From the NCBI GenBank assembly GCA_002269645.1, contig NIVC01000897.1, positions 1 through 64,000 of the forward strand: 64,000 nucleotides of DNA, in the 5' to 3' direction. Under the pieces are notes generated by a model, which saw only the letters and a program-made list of their open reading frames with translations, searched no databases and was not told where the DNA came from. This document shows positions 23,201-34,459 of this stretch, one piece after another (the stretch's first letter is position 1; each line of letters starts with the position of its first letter). The position numbers were made by a program, and so were the translations under genes. This stretch comes from Macrostomum lignano. Taxonomy: Eukaryota.

Positions 23201-24837
23201 TTTGCCACTTGATAACATACTAATCCAACATTTTATCATTTATTTATTCTTAGATTGTAGATATTACACATTTGGTAAGAAAAACATTTGGTAAAAAAAT
23301 TGGCTGATAAGGCAATGACAAGCAAAAATATTGACTTTTTTCTATTTTCCAAAAATGTTCATCTTATATGGAATGAGCCTACACACAAATTTGGCAACAA
23401 ACAAATTTGGCAATAGAAATTTAACACATATAAATTTGGCAAAAGCAAATTTGGCTACAATTTAGGCAAATTTGGCAACAAGTCTTTTTTAAGAGGTGCC
23501 TTAAGACTCTAGCCTAAAATTGTATTCAAGGCATTATTTATCTTTGAGAATGAACAAACATTTGGTCTAAGAAGCATAATTAATTGAATGAACATTTCTT
23601 AAAAAGCATATTTGAATTAAATTTTGAGATAAATAATAGATAAAACAAACTCAATTAAGAAGAAAGCCAATATGCATTATCTAATACCATTGTAATGAAA
23701 GAATTATTAAGATTATTATACAGATTATTCTGTCGCCAAATTTGTCTATGGTGAATTTTCTGCTACTAAATTGGTCAGTACCTAATATACTATTATCTAT
23801 AAAGTAAATGCTTTGTCTTACTTTTTTAGTATATAATTACAAAATTTTATCAAGTGTATAATAAAATCTTTTTATTATACACATTATTTATTTTTTTTTA
23901 AATATGTTTTGCGCTTTTTTTGTCATTTGCAATAGTTTACCTTTAATCTATTAGTTGTTTCATTGATAATTGAAACCCTATGGTCTATTGGCTGCTTTTC
24001 CCCTTCTTTTTAGCCTTTTAGCCTTTTAGCAGCAATTTATTAATTGCTGCTATTCCTTATACAGTCTAGATAGAGAATCCATTAGTGTTCCACTATAAGC
24101 AAAGTCCATATGAAATAGCTATAGCCATAAGTAAAATTATGGCCTATTCTAATTCTTTATATGAATTTGCTAATGTTTTATTATACTTTTTTAGGTATAA
24201 TCTATAAGCTTCTAAGTCTATAATACAGTTTATAAAAATATCTTTGTTTTATTCTATCTGTTTCTAATATTTTAATTGTAACTATGGCTATGGCCGTATG
24301 GGAATCTATGGAATATGATAGCAACTACTATATTTCTGTAGTTGTAGCTGTAAGAGCAGTTATCTACCATAGGCATATCTATTGTTGTCATAGGCACCTA
24401 CTTTACTATATTTGCTGTAGGATCCCGTAGTCATAGCCATAGCTATGGTGGAATACTAGAATTTATTGAACATTATAATATAGCATATCAGGCAAGCCAA
24501 AAAATCATATTCATAATGCATATTTAAGACTATAGGCTAAAGATAGCCTTTAGTACCATGTCTAAATGTATAAGAAGACTGCTTAGATGTACTTTAATAC
24601 TTCAGACTCAAAAGGATTATTAACACTAGTGCTTGTATGCAAGCTAATAAGAACCTGTATATTTTAAAAATCTAATTATTTATTACATACCCATCATTTT
24701 CATATCATAGCCATAATAATTAAAATTAGAGTATAACTACTACGACTTACAATTTCATCAGGGCTGAGAATACCAAATTGAACTCTTTTAACTGTCCTCA
24801 ATGGTGCAGTTGAATCTGCGACCTCGTACATAAGCAT
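14221..24837 (-). CDS. POLR2A: DNA-directed RNA polymerase II largest subunit (RPB1), 6 exons, about 1925 aa
   Basis: Exons on the minus strand: 24837(or 24831)-24751, 21162-20629, 20404-19592, 19237-18175, 17658-16103 and 15951-14221. Phases are consistent. Diagnostic motifs: [55 protein letters not shown], the catalytic [12 protein letters not shown], the bridge helix [23 protein letters not shown], the trigger loop [15 protein letters not shown], and the YSPTSPS CTD. Confidence 0.99.
14248..15045 (-). other. RPB1 C-terminal domain: 38 contiguous heptads plus about 5 degenerate proximal ones
   Basis: First Tyr codon ends at 15045 and last at 14268, which is 37 x 21 nt apart. Composition: 11 YSPTSPS, 1 YSPTSPA, 25 with Thr at position 7, and a last heptad YSPSSPN. 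Confidence 0.95.
17763..17838 (+). mobile_element. tRNA-derived short interspersed sequence (SINE head) in an RPB1 intron
   Basis: A-box-like TAGCCCAGAGG and B-box-like GGCTCAATTCC at tRNA spacing; no acceptor stem; a second copy lies at 43671-43747 (-). Confidence 0.65.
22587..23379. mobile_element. Non-autonomous DNA transposon (793 bp) in RPB1 intron 1
   Basis: TIR GGCTCATTCCATATAAG / CTTATATGGAATGAGCC, flanked on both sides by TACA (22583-22586 and 23380-23383); internal repeats of GGTCGTAACA. Confidence 0.8.
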
Positions 24838-25051
24838 TCTGACAAGCTTCTAATGATGTCAGCGAATGCAAAATAAAAGTAAGGACAATATCAACTATCT
24901 TAATCCCAACCTGTATAAAGGTTGGGTAGGTCCCAAATTGTTTTTAGCAGGCCTTCTTAGTATACTATAGAAAATTTCCAAACTAAACGCTACTGTGCAA
25001 ACGAATTCGTTAGTCACACTTAGTGAGTGAGAGCTTGAGTGAGAGAGGATC

Positions 25052-27265
25052 TGTAAAATATCTGCGTCAAGGACCGACTTAAGTAGAAGGACGGGAAACC
25101 TCGTTTCTTAGAAAAGTTTTGAAGGCACTTCCTCCCGAAAAAATACACTACGGAGATAGGAAGTTTTCATTTTTTCAGCACAAAAATTGTTATTGCGTTT
25201 GATAGGAGGCGGATCCAGTGTTCATCTTTTGATATGTTGTGCCTTTTTTATTGCTCTATCGATATTTATAAAGCTTTTCGTTCAGAAAATTAGGATTCTA
25301 TGTTAATTTTTTATTCTACGTATATTTCCTGTATCTAAAAATCACAAAAATGCATGACACAGCTCCAATATTTGGTTTTATGAACCTATTTTATCATCTC
25401 TGTTACAAATATTTGCTACACAGTCGGGTAAGAATGATAAAAAAGACTCATGAAGCTAAAGAGCCGAGCCGTGGCATTCTAATGTATTTCAAGCACAAGA
25501 CACGCGAAAATATACGTAGAATAAAAAATTAACATAGAATCCTAATTTTCTGAACGAAAAGCTTTATAAATATCGATAGAGCAATAAAAAAGGCACAACA
25601 TATCAAAAGATGAACACTGGATCTGCCTCCTATCAAACGCAATAACAATTTTTGTGCTGAAAAAATGAAAACTTCCTATCTCCGTAGTGTATTTTTTCGG
25701 GAAAAAGTGCCTTCAAAACTTTTCTAAGAAACGAGGTTTCCCGTCCTTCTACTTAAGTCGTCCTTGATCTGCGTATGTAATTTAAAAGTAAATAATTTCG
25801 TATTTACTCTTATTAGGTTGTATTGGTATTATAGTATTTATATTGTATTTATCTCACTGTACTTTTTACTGTATGTAATTTATGTTATTTTGCAAGATAA
25901 TTTTATAATGAAACTTTTGTTTTAATGACTGATAAGTAACCAATATAAATATAAATCATCGATTGTTAATAAGAGTTCGCGCTCTGACTTGGCACTCTCG
26001 ACGGCTGAAAGTTCAAGTGTTAGTATCGGCCATTCATTTCGTTACAATGGCGACCACACCAGAACTCGGATTCTATGAAGGACTCCGCTGAATCTTCTGA
26101 TCGACCGCAAATGTACAGCAACGCAGCCAATCACATCAGCATGCAGCGCGCGTCCAGCTAGCCGACGCCAACCAGTATGTCAGCCAGCCGCGAGCCAGGC
26201 CAACAAAATCACAGGTGCCGAAGATGCTGCCAAAGGACAGGTGCTGCAGATACTGTCAGTCGCTGAATGATTTCGAATATTATATTTGTTTTCTTAAAAG
26301 CATCTATGTTCAAATACAATACTAGCTGTAAAATATACATGTAGATGTGTACCCAGTTCAGAGCAAAATTTTGTTTTTAAATTTGTAATTATGCTGTTCT
26401 AAAGTCCAGAACCAGGAAGCTGCATTTTCCAATTCCTATGCTTTGTTGATTGATTTTAATGTAATTGTACTTAATTGTTAATTAATATACTTACTGTAAT
26501 TCCTTCATATGTACTTTATACTGTATTTTGGCAATTGCCATGATGTACTTTACTTTTCAAATAATTTTTCAATGTTGTACTGTATTTTCTTCTGTGTTTT
26601 GTAAGGTTTCACCCAATGGCAGTGTATCACAATAGTGTGCACAGGCAATTCCTTTTATTAAAAAAGTGTTTTTTGCTTCATTCATGCTGTGCTCTGCACT
26701 GGTTGTGGTGGGGAGAACCCAGGGCTCTGCTAACCCTGTTGGGTTCTGGTTTTTGTGTTGGTTAACTAGCTTCTCTTTTGGTCCAGACCATTGTTTTAAA
26801 ATGTGTTCTGTCACCTCATTGCGACGTCTAGTTGGGAATGCGAGTTCAATCTTTTTTTTTGCTCAAAATTTAGCATGTACTGTATATTTAATAGTTATTT
26901 TCTATACGTTGTATTCTACTCTTTTGTTAATTGTACTTTTGACAATGTGGACATTGTCTTTTCTAAGAGGAAGATAATGTAAAATATCTGCGTATGTAAT
27001 TTAAAAGTAAATAATTTCGTATTTACTCTTATTAGGTTGTATTGGTATTATAGTATTTATATTGTATTTATCTCACTGTACTTTTTACTGTATGTAATTT
27101 ATGTTATTTTGCAAGATAATTTTATAATGAAACTTTTGTTTTAATGACTGATAAGTAACCAATATAAATATAAATCATCGATTGTTAATAAGAGTTCGCG
27201 CTCTGACTTGGCACTCTCGACGGCTGAAAGTTCAAGTGTTAGTATCGGCCATTCATTTCGTTACA
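25052..27265 (+). mobile_element. Small non-autonomous LTR retroelement (TRIM-like) with 288-bp LTRs
   Basis: 5' LTR is 25052-26046 (interrupted by a MITE) and 3' LTR is 26978-27265; both run TGTAA...TTACA and look identical by eye. PBS TGGCGACCAC follows the 5' LTR; PPT AAGAGGAAGATAA precedes the 3' LTR. The 4-bp TSD is GATC (25048-25051 and 27266-27269). The 931-bp interior has no gag/pol. Confidence 0.92.
25068..25766. mobile_element. Foldback MITE (699 bp, about 260-bp inverted arms) of hAT/P type, nested in the 5' LTR
   Basis: Termini CAAGGAC(C)GACTTAAGTAGAAGG / CCTTCTACTTAAGTCGTCCTTG; perfect 8-bp TSD ATCTGCGT (25060-25067 and 25767-25774); the uninterrupted 3' LTR shows the empty site. 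Confidence 0.93.
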
Positions 27266-27773
27266 GATCGATAGGTTGCACAATTAAGAAATATGTAGTA
27301 ATTTGAAAGTAAAAGTCTACTAAATTAATGTTTTTATTTAATGAATAAACAACACATTTCTTGTGCTTTTTGGCGATGCTTAAACATAGTTATTGATAGC
27401 ACATCAAATAATTTAATAACCTTGTTGTAATCGTTGTGACAGATATATATTTAGCCTAAAGTTTTAACAAAATCGTTGACTGTATACAGTAAAAAGGACA
27501 TTACTGTATTTATTGCTGTATGCTAAAATTCTGTATTTAGACATACGCAGAGAAAATATAAATTTTATAAAATAATTATACTTACATACTGTGCATAGTT
27601 TAATGTGTTTTTTAAAGAAACCTGCTGACGAATAAAATTAGTGAGCTAAGAGAAGGCTGGGCCTGTTTATTGATTAATAAATTTAATCCTGCGTTAGAAT
27701 AGTTGTGCGTGTTCGATTTTCTTCTGTAGAATTTTACAGTCTATAAAGCATTCGTTTTGCAACAGAAGACGAA

Positions 27774-30700
27774 ATGTCATCTTTGTTCCTGCGCAAAATT
27801 TTCAGCATTAATCCTGCATGTAAGTAGGAATGGCCTACTAGACTAGGCTAAGTTTATTAGTCTATATGGCTTTTAACCTAGGTTGGGTTCTGCGTTTATA
27901 TCAGGTCGCATGCGTGGCCCTTTTATGTATTACTTACTGCTACTTTTAACTTTACATAAGCCTGAAAGGCTATTGCTAGCTGGGTTGTTTGTGTATAGAA
28001 TGTGCAAATGCACCTTAAAATTGAAAAGTGGGTGCAGTTTAGGTGTGGTCTCATAACCTTTTTTCTTTTTAAGGTTCAAGCCTCATTTAATACAATAAAT
28101 TACACTTTGGGCTTTTAAATTGCATTTTGAAATTGAGGTATAAGGTGCAATTTTGCACCTAATCTCAGGCAAAAAACACAAATTTTCTAGGTTTAAAAAT
28201 TGTATTAGGTCTAATATCCAGTTGCATAGATAGGGCAAAGGTGTTTTTTAGGGTGGAACCAGCTTGAAATTTTTATAAAATAAAGCAAGGGCAAGGTGTT
28301 CTAACTGCCCTGTGGTGTCACTGGCTGACAAAGAAGTGCAAGTCTATAGACTGATAGATTTATAGCACACTTGGCACTCTTAACGCTTAGCCCCTCATCT
28401 GAGCGGGCCTGTGTATTTAACCAAACAGTTTCTCATACCACCTCAACACGGGACCTTAGATTGGCTCACCGGAGAGACCGGGTAAGACACCGGCACATAG
28501 ACATTACTCACACACAAACTGTGGGGTGGGGAGGCCGGGGATGAGACAGCTTAGTCATGCTGTCTGTGCTTGGGAAAGGGGGCATGGGTGCACTGGGTAC
28601 GCAGCAGACAGGGGTATCAAGCCTAGACAGGCTCTAACGTGTCACTCCTCGCTCACAGTCACAACAACCAACTTCCCCTCCCAAAAGTCCATGTCAACGT
28701 CAAGTGTCACCCCAGCACCCCTCAGTAGGTGATCATGCCTCCGTAGTGGTCCGGCGGACCCGTGACCCGGCCGCTCCTCCGCACCTCGGGAGGCGCAGCG
28801 GCGGCGTCGGGCGCGGCGGCATCCAGGCCGCCACCGGGCTGTGGAACGTCCGCCAGCTGGCCGCCATCGCCGCCCGTGTCAGGAGGTGCTTGCATCAGCG
28901 CCGTGACGTGCCACCAAGATCCGTCGTCGAGCTTGACGATAGTGGGGCTGCACATGCCGGCGACAGTTCTCGGCGTTGACATCCGGCTGGCCAGCTTGCC
29001 TCGTGCCTGCGGCCGCCGAACGTGGACTTTCTCGCCCGGAGCGAACTGCGGTGGCTGGCCGCGGCCCCAGTTTCGTGCTGCCAGGCGCTTTCGCTGTCGC
29101 TCCTTGATAGTGTCTGCTGCTGGATGCGACTGTGGTGGTTGGGTGGGCATCAGCGACGAGAGCGGCGTCGACATCTTTCTCCCCAGCATCAGCTCGGCCG
29201 GGGAGACGCCGGTGAGCGCGTGACTTGTCAATCTGTAGGCCCACAGCAGCATCCAGATGGCGTCCTTGAACTCGTAGCCATCAGCCAGGTGGCTCTTAAG
29301 CCCCTCCTTCAGGAAGCGATTGAGCCGCTCCACGCCGGAGTTGCCTTGCGGGTAGTAGGCTGGTGAGCGGCGGTGCTTGATGCCATTGCCGCTGAGGAAC
29401 TGCTCGAACTCGTCAGAGATGAACTGCGGCCCACCGTCCGTGTTGATGACCTTTGGCAGTCCCCACCTGGCGAACAAAGACTTCAGCACGCTGATCACTT
29501 GCGATGACGTGACCGACGAGAGGCAGGAGAACTCTGGCCACTTTGAGTGCAGGTCGTGTACCACCAGGATGTAGCGGCACGTCTGGGGCGCCGGTGCCGT
29601 GAGTTCGCCGAAGATGTCGATCTGTATCTCGCTCCACGGCTGGGATGGCCACCTTGTCGGGGTCAGCAGCACCTTTGGCGGCTTGAAAGATTTCTCGCTC
29701 ACGGCGCAGGGCTCGCAATTTTTTACGAAGGATTCGACGTCGCAGTCGAAGTTTGGCCACCAGACAGCTTCTCTGCAGTGCTGTTTCATCCGGCTGATGC
29801 CCATGTGTCCGAAGTGAGCCAGGTTGAGCACAGTCTCCTGCAGCGCCTGAGGAATGACCGCGCGCGTGCCCTTGGCCAGGCAGCTGCCGCTGTTCCATGT
29901 TGACAGCTCGTCGCGTACCCTCCAGTATGGCACCAGTGAGTCCGCCAGCTTCTTTGACGACTCAGGCCAGCCTTCTTGGACTTTCTGGAGCACCTGCTGA
30001 AGCAGTTCGTCGGCCTGGGTTGCGGCTGCCAACTGCTCCACGGACACCATACTAAGGGCTCCTGACAGCAGCACTGCATTGATGCCTATCTCGTCATCGT
30101 TCTTCACCGTCCCCTCCGCTGAGTGGCACCTGGACAGGAAGTCGGGCACGATGTTGCTCTTGCCTGCGATGTACTTGACGTCAAAGTCGTACGCCATCAG
30201 TCTGTCGGCCCAACGATGGAGTCGCAGCGGCCTGTGCCCGATGCCTGATCCGCTGAGCAGGGTAGTCAGAGCTCGATGGTCCGTCTGGAGCTCGAACTTT
30301 CGGCCGAACAGGAAGTAGTTCCACCGTTCACACGCAAAGATGCAGGCCAAAGCTTCTCGCTCTGACGCGGAGTACTTCTGTTCAGCGGGATTCAGGGTCC
30401 TGGAGGCGAAGGCGACAGGTCGACACTGGCCTTGATCATCCTCTTGGGCGAGTACTGCGCCTATCGCAGTAGCCGAGCTGTCACAAGCGACAACCGTCCG
30501 GTGCTTGGTGTCGAAGAACCTCAGGCATGGCGGCGACACGACCATCGACTTCAGGGTGTCGAAGGCCTGCTGTTGAATTGCCGTCCATTGCCACGGAACG
30601 TCCTTGCGCAGCAGCTGCATCAGCGGCTCCGCCACGGTTGACAGGTTGTCCAGAAAATTGCCGTAGAACTTGACCATTCCCAGGAACGACGCCACTTCCT

Positions 30701-33700
30701 TCTGGCTGGTCGGGCACGGGATGCTGGTGATGGCCTCCACGTTGGACGCCATTGGACGAAGTCCGTCACCGCTGACTACGTAGCCGAGGAACTCGACGCT
30801 GTCCCTTGCCCACTGACACTTCTCCAGGTTCAGTGTGATGTTGTGCTCCTTGAGCCGGTCAAGGACCGCAGTCACCGCTTTGTCGTGCTCGGCCCGTGTC
30901 ACCGCATGCACGACGATGTCGTCGATGTAGTGCACTACTCCCTTGACCTTCTCGAGCACCTTCGACAGCACCTTCTGGAAGGCCGCCGGCGCGCTGTTCA
31001 TCCCGAAGCAGACGCGGGTGTACCTATAGAGCCCTTCGTCCATGATGAAGGTCGTCAGGTTTCGAGACTCTTCTGCGAGTTCCAGCTGCAGGTATGACGA
31101 GTTGAGGTCCAGCTTTGTGAAGATCTTGGAGCCGGCAAACTCCGCAGACAGCTGCTCGAATGTCGGAAGGGGGTGTTTATCCGGCACGATTGCCTTGTTA
31201 GGGTTCCTGAGGTCGTTGCAAATCCTCAGCGATCTGTTCGGCTTTGGTACGACCACCAGGTTCGACACCCACTCCGACGCGTGCACCTCCTCGATGACGC
31301 CTTCGGCCAGCAGCTTGTGGATCTCCTTCTTGACTGGCTCCTTGAGACTAAGCGGCACCTTCCTTAGAGGCTGTGCCACAGGTGTCACGGCGGGGTTCAC
31401 CTTGGGCTTGTGAACGAAGCCTTTGATTTTGCCGAGGCCTTCGCCCACGTTGCTTAATCGGGCCGGCAGCCATGTCGGCAGGCTATTGGCTTGGACCTTA
31501 CGCACTGGCTCTCCCTCGCGGCTCACCAGTTGGAACTTCAGCTTAATGATAGAAATGCAAAGTTAGATAGTTAAAGGTCTAAAGAAAGTGCTTTTGCTGA
31601 AAAAAATTGTTGTTCCCATTTTGCCCATGTAAAATTTTAAAAGTCAAATAACTTTTTTTATCCCATTTCACACAATTTTAAATGCTGTTTTTTGCGCCTT
31701 AATGAAATGAACACATAGAAAAAACAATTTGCTTGTATCTCTTCTCACTTAAAAGTTATCAGGCTTTTTTAGACTCATTTTTTGCATATCTCCGCAATGT
31801 ATTTCTTACCCAAGAACTGAAAATTGGGTTTTTTATAGATGACCCAAATAAAAGTATTTTGCAGACTTTTTGTGTTTTGTTTTTTAGAAAGTGGTATAAA
31901 TGCAATTTTTAGCAATCCACTTTTATTTTACATGTCTTACTTTGTAATACCATTTTTTATTTTTGGTGAACATGAGCATTTGCACTACTTGCAAACTACT
32001 TATGCAGAAAAAAATAAAGCTTTGTGCTACATGCCATTTTTTACTGCATTCAATTCACTGATTTTGGAGGGTCTTTACCCTCTAAAATTTGCTCCTCTCA
32101 ACAAATTTCTGTTATGCTACTATAAACAAGCAATATATTTTCTTTGTTTCTTTCTTTGTATTGCTAAAAGGTTCTAAGAACTTTTGTCAGAAACAATTAA
32201 AAAAATTTTTGCTACTTATCAAAAAGTTTATATTAGAATGATTATTATCAAATGAATTTTGGGTACAGTTAGTGAGTTAGTGAATTAATAGTTAATTATG
32301 CTTCTCTATAATTCTACTTTGCTATTACTGACATGAGCACAAAGGCTAAACTTGTAGGCATAAAGTTAAATTATAATGGCCAGCTATATATATTATTAAA
32401 AATATATAGAGTTTAAAAATGATGCCTTTATTTCTTACCTTTTTAGTGAACTGTGTTACAAGGAGATGCTTTCAAACATCACATCCAGTTGCCACATACA
32501 GTGAGTTCTTGATTTGATGTTTTGTCTTTCTTTATATTTAGCATGGTAATTGAGTTTATTTATATTCTTAATTCAAAGCCTCTTATAGCTACCTAAACCT
32601 ACCTAACAAAAACTTTCTAAACCTAAGCCTGACTCAAAAGTAATACCTTAATGATTCTCATTTATTTCTTAGCATGTTTAACACACTTCCTTGAATTGTT
32701 AATAAATGAAGAGTTCAGAACTGTCTTCATTAAATTGTATTTAATTATTTTCCATTTGCCTGTCTAAAATCCTTTTCTTGCATAACTTCAACCAACGAAT
32801 TGCATTTAACAAGATTATCATTGTTGCTAGCTTTTTGCAGGCCTCCCACAACTGACTAACAACCTGAGCCCCAATCAGTACCTGATTCCTAATGAATGCC
32901 CAGCCCAACAGCCCAATCCCAGCCCAGCCCAACAGTCACACCTGTCCAATCCCAATACAAAGCTTGTCACACATGTTCAATCCCAATCCAATGCCTGTCA
33001 CATCTGCCCAATACCAATCCAAAGCCTGTCACACCTGTCCAATTCCAATCCAAAGCCTGTCACGCCTGTCAACTCCAAATCCCAAGCTTGTCACACCTGC
33101 CTAATTCCAATCCAATGCCTGTCACACCAGGTCATATCAACCCAGAGCCTGTCACACCTGCCAAATTCCAATCCAATGCCTGTCACACCGGGTCATATCA
33201 ACCCAGAGCCTGTCACACCTGTCTTTACAGACACGCCTTATCATAAGGCAGTATCCCACAATCCTGAGCAGTTCTGTCTAACCCATTACCCATTCTCAGA
33301 GCTGGTCAGCCGGCCCGATCCATCTGATGACTGGCGCACCATTGGTGACGAGAGCGCTCGCCACCTATTCCTAATCGAACTGCTGAAAGGTTTGGGCATC
33401 ACCATGGCTAAAGTGTTCCAGGAGCCGGCTACTATCAATTACCCATTTGAAAAGGGTCCACTGAGTCCGCGCTTCCGCGGCGAGCACGCCCTGCGCCGTT
33501 ATCCCAGCGGCGAGGAGCGCTGCATCGCTTGCAAACTGTGCGAAGCCATCTGCCCTGCCCAGGCCATCACCATTGAGGCTGAGGAGCGCGAGGACGGCTC
33601 CAGGCGGACCACTCGCTACGATATTGACATGACCAAGTGCATCTATTGCGGCTTCTGTCAGGAGGCCTGTCCAGTTGATGCCATCGTTGAAGTGAGTGTC

Positions 33701-34459
33701 CTTTCACTCCTAGCTGCTAAGTTAGGTCTAAATAGAAATAAGATCTCTTATGTAACATTTCTCTATTCGTCCAACCTTTAAGATATACACTTTAAAATGC
33801 TTATAAGCTTCTCTGTTACAATATTTAGGCTCGGTCAACCCGTTCTATGCTTGGGGTGTGTAGTATTGCTTTTATCAGCTGAGTTGATTGTTACGCCAAC
33901 CAAGTTGAGAATTCCAATTTAGCAGCAGTAGATTTGGTCTTGCCCATAGGCATATATAGAAAAAAGACAAGCAAGTTGATAATTCTCATCTTTACTGCGT
34001 GGAAGTCGATGTTTAAGCATGGTTTCAGTGCTGGAATCCTTTTCATTGCTGATGTCTATGGCCTAGCGGAATGGGCGACGCTCGCCTCCCCGCTGCGTCT
34101 TCGGACCGCCCTGCAGCTAAAGATGTCTATGGCCGAAATATCAACTTGGTTTGCCTTTTTCCGTCTATGTCTATGGGCAAGATCAACTCTACCGCTGCGT
34201 AATGGGAATTCTCTGTTCGATTTTGGCCATAGACAACTGAATAGTCCTATGAATGCTTGTTGGTTTTAAATCCAGCATCGATCTGTCTGTAGTTCTGTGC
34301 TCTATCGATGTTAATAAATTTTTTCAGGGCCCGAACTTTGAGTACTCCACAGAGACGCACGAGGAGCTGCTCTACAACAAGGAGAAATTATTGGCTAATG
34401 GCGACCGCTGGGAGGCTGAAATAGCTGCTAATCTCAAAGCTGAGCACTATTACCGCTGA
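27774..34459 (+). CDS. NDUFS8: NADH:ubiquinone oxidoreductase iron-sulfur subunit 8 (TYKY), mitochondrial precursor, 207 aa, 4 exons
   Basis: Exons 27774-27819, 32447-32500, 33300-33691 and 34328-34459 (624 nt, phases consistent). Translation: [34 protein letters not shown]... (presequence-like), then [85 protein letters not shown]. Two 4Fe-4S motifs are present. Confidence 0.97.
28311..28666 (-). mobile_element. Probable 3' LTR of the Gypsy element (about 356 bp)
   Basis: On the minus strand it follows the pol stop and a purine tract (GGGAGGGGAAG), begins TGTTGTGAC and ends GACACCACA (imperfect terminal inverted repeat). No partner LTR is present to confirm it. Confidence 0.55.
28722..31545 (-). 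mobile_element. Ty3/Gypsy LTR retrotransposon pol (RT-RNase H-integrase), 5'-truncated, antisense within NDUFS8 intron 1
   Basis: Uninterrupted 934-aa ORF with RT ([32 protein letters not shown]), RNase H (VACDSS, ASRTL, EREALA, TDHRAL), integrase HHCC (H...HMG...CEPC) and DDE core ([23 protein letters not shown]). Domain order RT-RH-IN is the Gypsy order. Gag and protease are absent. Confidence 0.97.
32900..33225. repeat. Degenerate minisatellite (about 30-35 bp, core GCCTGTCACAC...CCAATCC) just before NDUFS8 exon 3
   Basis: Repeated cctgtcacac and ccaatcc cores. Confidence 0.8.
34115..34243. mobile_element. Small inverted-repeat element (MITE-like) in NDUFS8 intron 3
   Basis: AGATGTCTATGGCCGAAAT ... 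ATTTTGGCCATAGACAACT inverted pair; no TSD identified. Confidence 0.45.

Noticed and set aside
21540-24470. AT-rich degenerate CCATAG/CTATGG-containing repeats in RPB1 intron 1 (about 21880-22560 and 24250-24460)
   Set aside because: Probably old transposon relics, but the termini and TSDs could not be defined, so they are not called as features.
33176-33781. Bacterial nuoI or horizontal transfer
   Set aside because: The gene has GT-AG introns and a mitochondrial presequence-like N-terminus; it is ordinary nuclear NDUFS8.
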